This document shows, piece by piece, positions 21,117 to 24,000 of a stretch of DNA of 24,000 nucleotides. The stretch is from Polaromonas sp. (GTDB taxonomy: Bacteria; Pseudomonadota; Gammaproteobacteria; Burkholderiales; Burkholderiaceae_C), in NCBI GenBank assembly GCA_043754255.1, contig JAYUVG010000167.1, positions 39,864-63,863 of the forward strand, in the 5' to 3' direction. Both the position numbers and the translations under genes were made by a program. Numbering within the stretch: the stretch's first letter is position 1; each line of letters starts with the position of its first letter. The notes under the pieces are model-generated. The model saw nothing but the letters and a program-made list of their open reading frames with translations, had not been told where the DNA came from and searched no databases.

Positions 21117-21745
21117 GCGGTGAAGAGGAAACCCTTCAAGCCGGGCTTGCACAACTTCAACTTGAGATGAGCGGCAAGCAGATTGATCAACTGTTGGACT
21201 ACCTCAAGCTGATTGCCAAATGGACCAAAGTCTATAACCTGACTGCTGTGCGTGAGCCAACAGAGATGATGACGCACCATTTGCTGGATAGTCTGGCGGT
21301 AATTGCACCGCTACAAAAACATTTGAAGCAGGGCAGTTTGCTGGATGTGGGCTCAGGCGCAGGCCTTCCCGGCGTGGTGATTGCAATTTGCTGCCCAGAC
21401 ATTGCCGTGACTTGTGTCGATACTGTCGCCAAAAAGGCGACTTTCATCAAGCAAGTCGCCCTGGAGCTCAAGCTGCCAAATCTCCACGGGCTGCATGCGC
21501 GGGTTGAACACATTGCAGCGCAGTTCAACGTGGTTTGCTCACGTGCGTTTGCTTCGCTCAATGACTTCACCCAATGGTCTACCAAAGCGGTTGGCCCTGA
21601 TGGTGTGTGGTTGGCCATGAAGGGCAAGCACCCGGCAGATGAGCTGGCTGCGTTGCCTCCAGGCATTAATGTGTTTCACGTGGAACAACTGCACGTGCCG
21701 GGGCTGCATGCAGAGCGGTGCTTGGTGTGGATGCGGCGCGCTTAG
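21113..21745 (+). CDS. rsmG: 16S rRNA (guanine527-N7)-methyltransferase RsmG (GidB)
   Basis: 210 aa. The ATG overlaps the mnmG stop (ATGA). [17 protein letters not shown] is the SAM-binding motif, and ..[14 protein letters not shown].. is typical of GidB. Confidence 0.93.
   Translation: MSGEEETLQAGLAQLQLEMSGKQIDQLLDYLKLIAKWTKVYNLTAVREPTEMMTHHLLDSLAVIAPLQKHLKQGSLLDVGSGAGLPGVVIAICCPDIAVTCVDTVAKKATFIKQVALELKLPNLHGLHARVEHIAAQFNVVCSRAFASLNDFTQWSTKAVGPDGVWLAMKGKHPADELAALPPGINVFHVEQLHVPGLHAERCLVWMRRA
21672..21687. other. Near-consensus parS site inside rsmG
   Basis: TGTTTCACGTGGAACA matches the parS consensus at 15/16 positions (A12 to G). Confidence 0.6.
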
Positions 21746-21757
21746 GGCGGGGATTTC

Positions 21758-21857
21758 AACGCGGAGAAGAGGAGAGCGCGGAGGACGCGGAGAATTTGGA
21801 ATCTAGAAAACCATTATTTACCTCCGCGTCCTCCGCGCAACTCCTCCCCTCCGCGTT
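21758..21857. repeat. Long GC-rich inverted repeat downstream of rsmG (possible terminator or REP-like element)
   Basis: The arms are 21758-21792 and 21822-21857. The perfect 17-bp core GCGCGGAGGACGCGGAG (21776-21792) pairs with CTCCGCGTCCTCCGCGC (21822-21838). The loop is AT-rich and 29 nt long. Confidence 0.6.
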
Positions 21858-21925
21858 AAACGCATTCCGTTCCCGCCCCCGCACCCGTGTCGTAAACTCA
21901 CAACCTCACCCACAGAAACAAACCC

Positions 21926-22552
21926 ATGCCCGGCTCATTTTTTGGCATTGCAGACTACCCCTCCTTCGTCCTTGCCATCATCGTTTTCCTGCTGATTCCT
22001 GGCCCGGGCAATCTCGCTTTGATTACCTCCACCAGCAAAGGCGGTGTTGCAGGTGGCCTTGGCGCAACTTTTGGCGTGATTGCAGGCGACCAGGTTTTGC
22101 TATGGGCAGCAGTTGCTGGCGTGTCGGCGGTCATGACTGCCTACCCGACAGCTTTTCACATCGTGCAGTGGGCGGGGGCTGTTTATCTGGCCTGGCTGGG
22201 CATCAAAATGCTGATGGTCAAACCCGGTGATGCGCCGATTTTGCAAATCAAGCCGCGCCATTATTTTCGCCAGGCTTTGGTCATCACGCTGTTGAACCCC
22301 AAAGCCATTGTGTTTTACATGGCCTTCTTCCCACTGTTTGTTGACCCAAAAACACACCTTGGCATGACAACCTTTGGCGTAATGGCCGCCACAATTGCAA
22401 CGCTGACTTTTTTGTACGGTCTGACTTCGGTGTTGCTCACTACGTTTTTTGCTGAGCGTATCCGTGCCAATCCCAAGGTATCCAGCTTTTTGAACAAAGC
22501 TGCTGGTGTTTTTCTGATTGGCTTTGGCTTGAAGCTGGCCATCTCCAAATAA
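21926..22552 (+). CDS. LysE/RhtB-family amino-acid exporter
   Basis: 208 aa. The N-terminal ..FVLAIIVFLLIPGPGNLALI.. (PGP motif), about six TM segments and ..LLNPKAIVFYMAFFPLF.. are typical of the LysE family. Confidence 0.8.
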   Translation: MPGSFFGIADYPSFVLAIIVFLLIPGPGNLALITSTSKGGVAGGLGATFGVIAGDQVLLWAAVAGVSAVMTAYPTAFHIVQWAGAVYLAWLGIKMLMVKPGDAPILQIKPRHYFRQALVITLLNPKAIVFYMAFFPLFVDPKTHLGMTTFGVMAATIATLTFLYGLTSVLLTTFFAERIRANPKVSSFLNKAAGVFLIGFGLKLAISK

Positions 22553-22582
22553 TCGATTATCAAAAAATATAACAAGAACAAC

Positions 22583-23368
22583 ATGGCCAAAATCTTCTGC
22601 ATTGCCAATCAAAAAGGTGGGGTCGGCAAAACCACTACCACCGTCAATCTGGCGGCTGGCCTGGCCAAAGTAGGCCAGCGCGTGCTGATGGTTGACCTTG
22701 ACCCACAAGGAAACGCCACCATGGGTTCAGGTGTGGACAAACGCAAACTCGAATACACGGTGTACGACGTACTGCTGGAGTCCGCGTCGATCAAGGAGGC
22801 CAAAGTCATCAGCCAAAAGCTGATCGACAGCGGTTGCAGTTATGACATTTTGGGTGCGAATCGCGAGTTGGCGGGTGCCGAGGTAGAGCTGGTGGATGTA
22901 GAGCGGCGTGAAAAGCGCCTCAAACTGGCGTTGGCTGAAGTCGCTGACGATTACGACTTCGTCCTGATTGACTGCCCGCCGTCCCTGAGCATGCTCACGC
23001 TCAACGGCCTGTGCAGCGCCCATGGCGTGATTGTGCCGATGCAGTGTGAGTACTTTGCGCTGGAAGGCCTGACAGATCTGGTCAACACCATCAAGCAGGT
23101 GCATGCCAATTTGAACAAGGATCTCGCAATTATTGGTTTGCTGCGCGTGATGTTCGACCCGCGCATTACCTTGCAGCAGCAGGTCAGCGAGCAGCTGAAA
23201 GATCATTTTGGCGACAAGGTTTTCAACACCGTCATCCCCCGCAATGTGCGCCTGGCCGAAGCGCCCAGCTACGGCTTGCCCGGTGTGGTGTTTGACCCTG
23301 CGTCCAAAGGTGCGCAGGCTTTTGTCGCGTTTGCCGAAGAAATGGTGACACGGATTAAAACGCTTTAA
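22583..23368 (+). CDS. parA: Chromosome partitioning ATPase ParA (Soj)
   Basis: 261 aa. KIFCIANQKGGVGKTTTTVNLA is the deviant Walker A motif, followed by ..VLMVDLDPQGNAT.. and ..DFVLIDCPPSL.. Confidence 0.94.
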   Translation: MAKIFCIANQKGGVGKTTTTVNLAAGLAKVGQRVLMVDLDPQGNATMGSGVDKRKLEYTVYDVLLESASIKEAKVISQKLIDSGCSYDILGANRELAGAEVELVDVERREKRLKLALAEVADDYDFVLIDCPPSLSMLTLNGLCSAHGVIVPMQCEYFALEGLTDLVNTIKQVHANLNKDLAIIGLLRVMFDPRITLQQQVSEQLKDHFGDKVFNTVIPRNVRLAEAPSYGLPGVVFDPASKGAQAFVAFAEEMVTRIKTL

Positions 23369-23400
23369 AAGACGGCTAAAAACCCGTGAAAAGTCCTGTT

Positions 23401-23464
23401 TTATGCATCAAATATGCCTCTAGCCCCCGTAAAATGCGCGCAGACAGCTATTGATAGTATAGCA
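23401..23464. repeat. Copy 6 (inverted orientation) of the ~62-bp dispersed repeat
   Basis: The rc reads TGCTATACTATCAATAGCTGTCTGCGCGCATTTTACGGGGGCTAGAGGCATATTTGATGCATAA. Its end ATTTGATGCATAA closely matches ATTTGATGTATAA of copy 4. Confidence 0.72.
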
Positions 23465-23477
23465 ATGTGATGTGCCC

Positions 23478-24000
23478 ATGACTTCAACCAACGTCCTGAT
23501 CCTGCCTGGCTGGCAGGGTAGCGGCTCGGGCCACTGGCAAAGTCTGTGGGAACGCAAGTACGGTTACCAGCGGGTGGAGCAGCACAACTGGCAGCGCCCG
23601 CTGCGCGGCGACTGGATTGCGCGGCTTGAAGATGTGCTGCTGGATTGCACCGGGCCCGCGGTGCTGGTGGCGCACAGCTTGGGTTGCCTGACAGTTGCAG
23701 CTTGGGCAGCGCATTCGCAAAACACCCATCTTGTCAAAGGCGCGTTGCTGGTCGCACCGCCTGATACCCGGCGCGACGATATCAGCCAGATGTTGCCCGG
23801 CTGGGTTGTTCCGCTACAAAAACTGCCGTTTCAAAGCGTGGTGTACGCGTCCAGCAACGACCCATTTTGCGGCTTTGACCAGGCCCGGCAATTTGCATCT
23901 GGCTGGGGTGCAAAGCTGATCAACGCCGGCATGTGTGGCCATATCAATGCTGACAGCGGCCTGGCTGATTGGCCTGAGGCGCATGCAGAACTATTGCAAC
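23478..24000 (+). CDS. Alpha/beta serine hydrolase, YdeN/RBBP9-like (3' end runs off the window)
   Basis: Absent from the track because it is open-ended. My translation is MTSTNVLILPGWQGSGSGHWQSLWERKY...VLVAHSLGCLTVAAW...VVYASSNDPFC...GHINADSGL. The ILPGW..S...HWQ pattern, the HSLG nucleophile elbow and GHIN are characteristic of this family. Confidence 0.65.
   Translation, partial: MTSTNVLILPGWQGSGSGHWQSLWERKYGYQRVEQHNWQRPLRGDWIARLEDVLLDCTGPAVLVAHSLGCLTVAAWAAHSQNTHLVKGALLVAPPDTRRDDISQMLPGWVVPLQKLPFQSVVYASSNDPFCGFDQARQFASGWGAKLINAGMCGHINADSGLADWPEAHAELLQ

Noticed and set aside
21718-22708. 170-aa + ORF (21718-22230) and 202-aa minus ORF (22100-22708)
   Set aside because: The first is driven by the GC-rich inverted repeat and runs out of frame into lysE. 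The second is antisense to lysE and parA, which both have clear family signatures.
1170-23464. CRISPR array formed by the recurring repeats
   Set aside because: The copies are kilobases apart, in both orientations and only about 80 percent identical. There are no regularly spaced short spacers and no cas genes.

Overview
The window looks like a beta-proteobacterial chromosome, probably Burkholderiales or Comamonadaceae. I infer this from the protein families and repeat types and have not verified it. The segment is origin-proximal: mnmG-rsmG-(lysE)-parA, with a perfect parS inside mnmG and a near-perfect one inside rsmG. Housekeeping genes are a family III CoA-transferase, cyanase, a lipoprotein, an MFS transporter, a permease-less PTS (EIIA-Man/HPr/EI), lipB-lipA, mnmG, rsmG, a LysE exporter, parA and a YdeN-like hydrolase. 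Between them sit conflict-type modules: a split HTH/HipA-like kinase, a Phd/PIN toxin-antitoxin pair, and an atypical type III restriction-modification cassette. The cassette is the main finding. It reads Fic - Mod - unknown 157-181 aa ORF - 334-nt non-coding spacer - Res, where canonical type III loci have mod and res adjacent. The spacer carries two antisense promoter-like 29-mers exactly 200 bp apart, strong inverted repeats and a + strand terminator shape. The accessory block 11364-19148 lies flush against the start codons of lipB and mnmG. The window is also dense in small palindromic or dispersed repeats: a 62-bp family with six copies, dRS3-like ATTCCC-N8-GGGAAT units and others. Three of these lie in frame inside coding sequences (res, lipB, mod). 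I found no rRNA, tRNA, CRISPR array or transposase. All domain calls rest on motifs read by eye and need profile searches to confirm.
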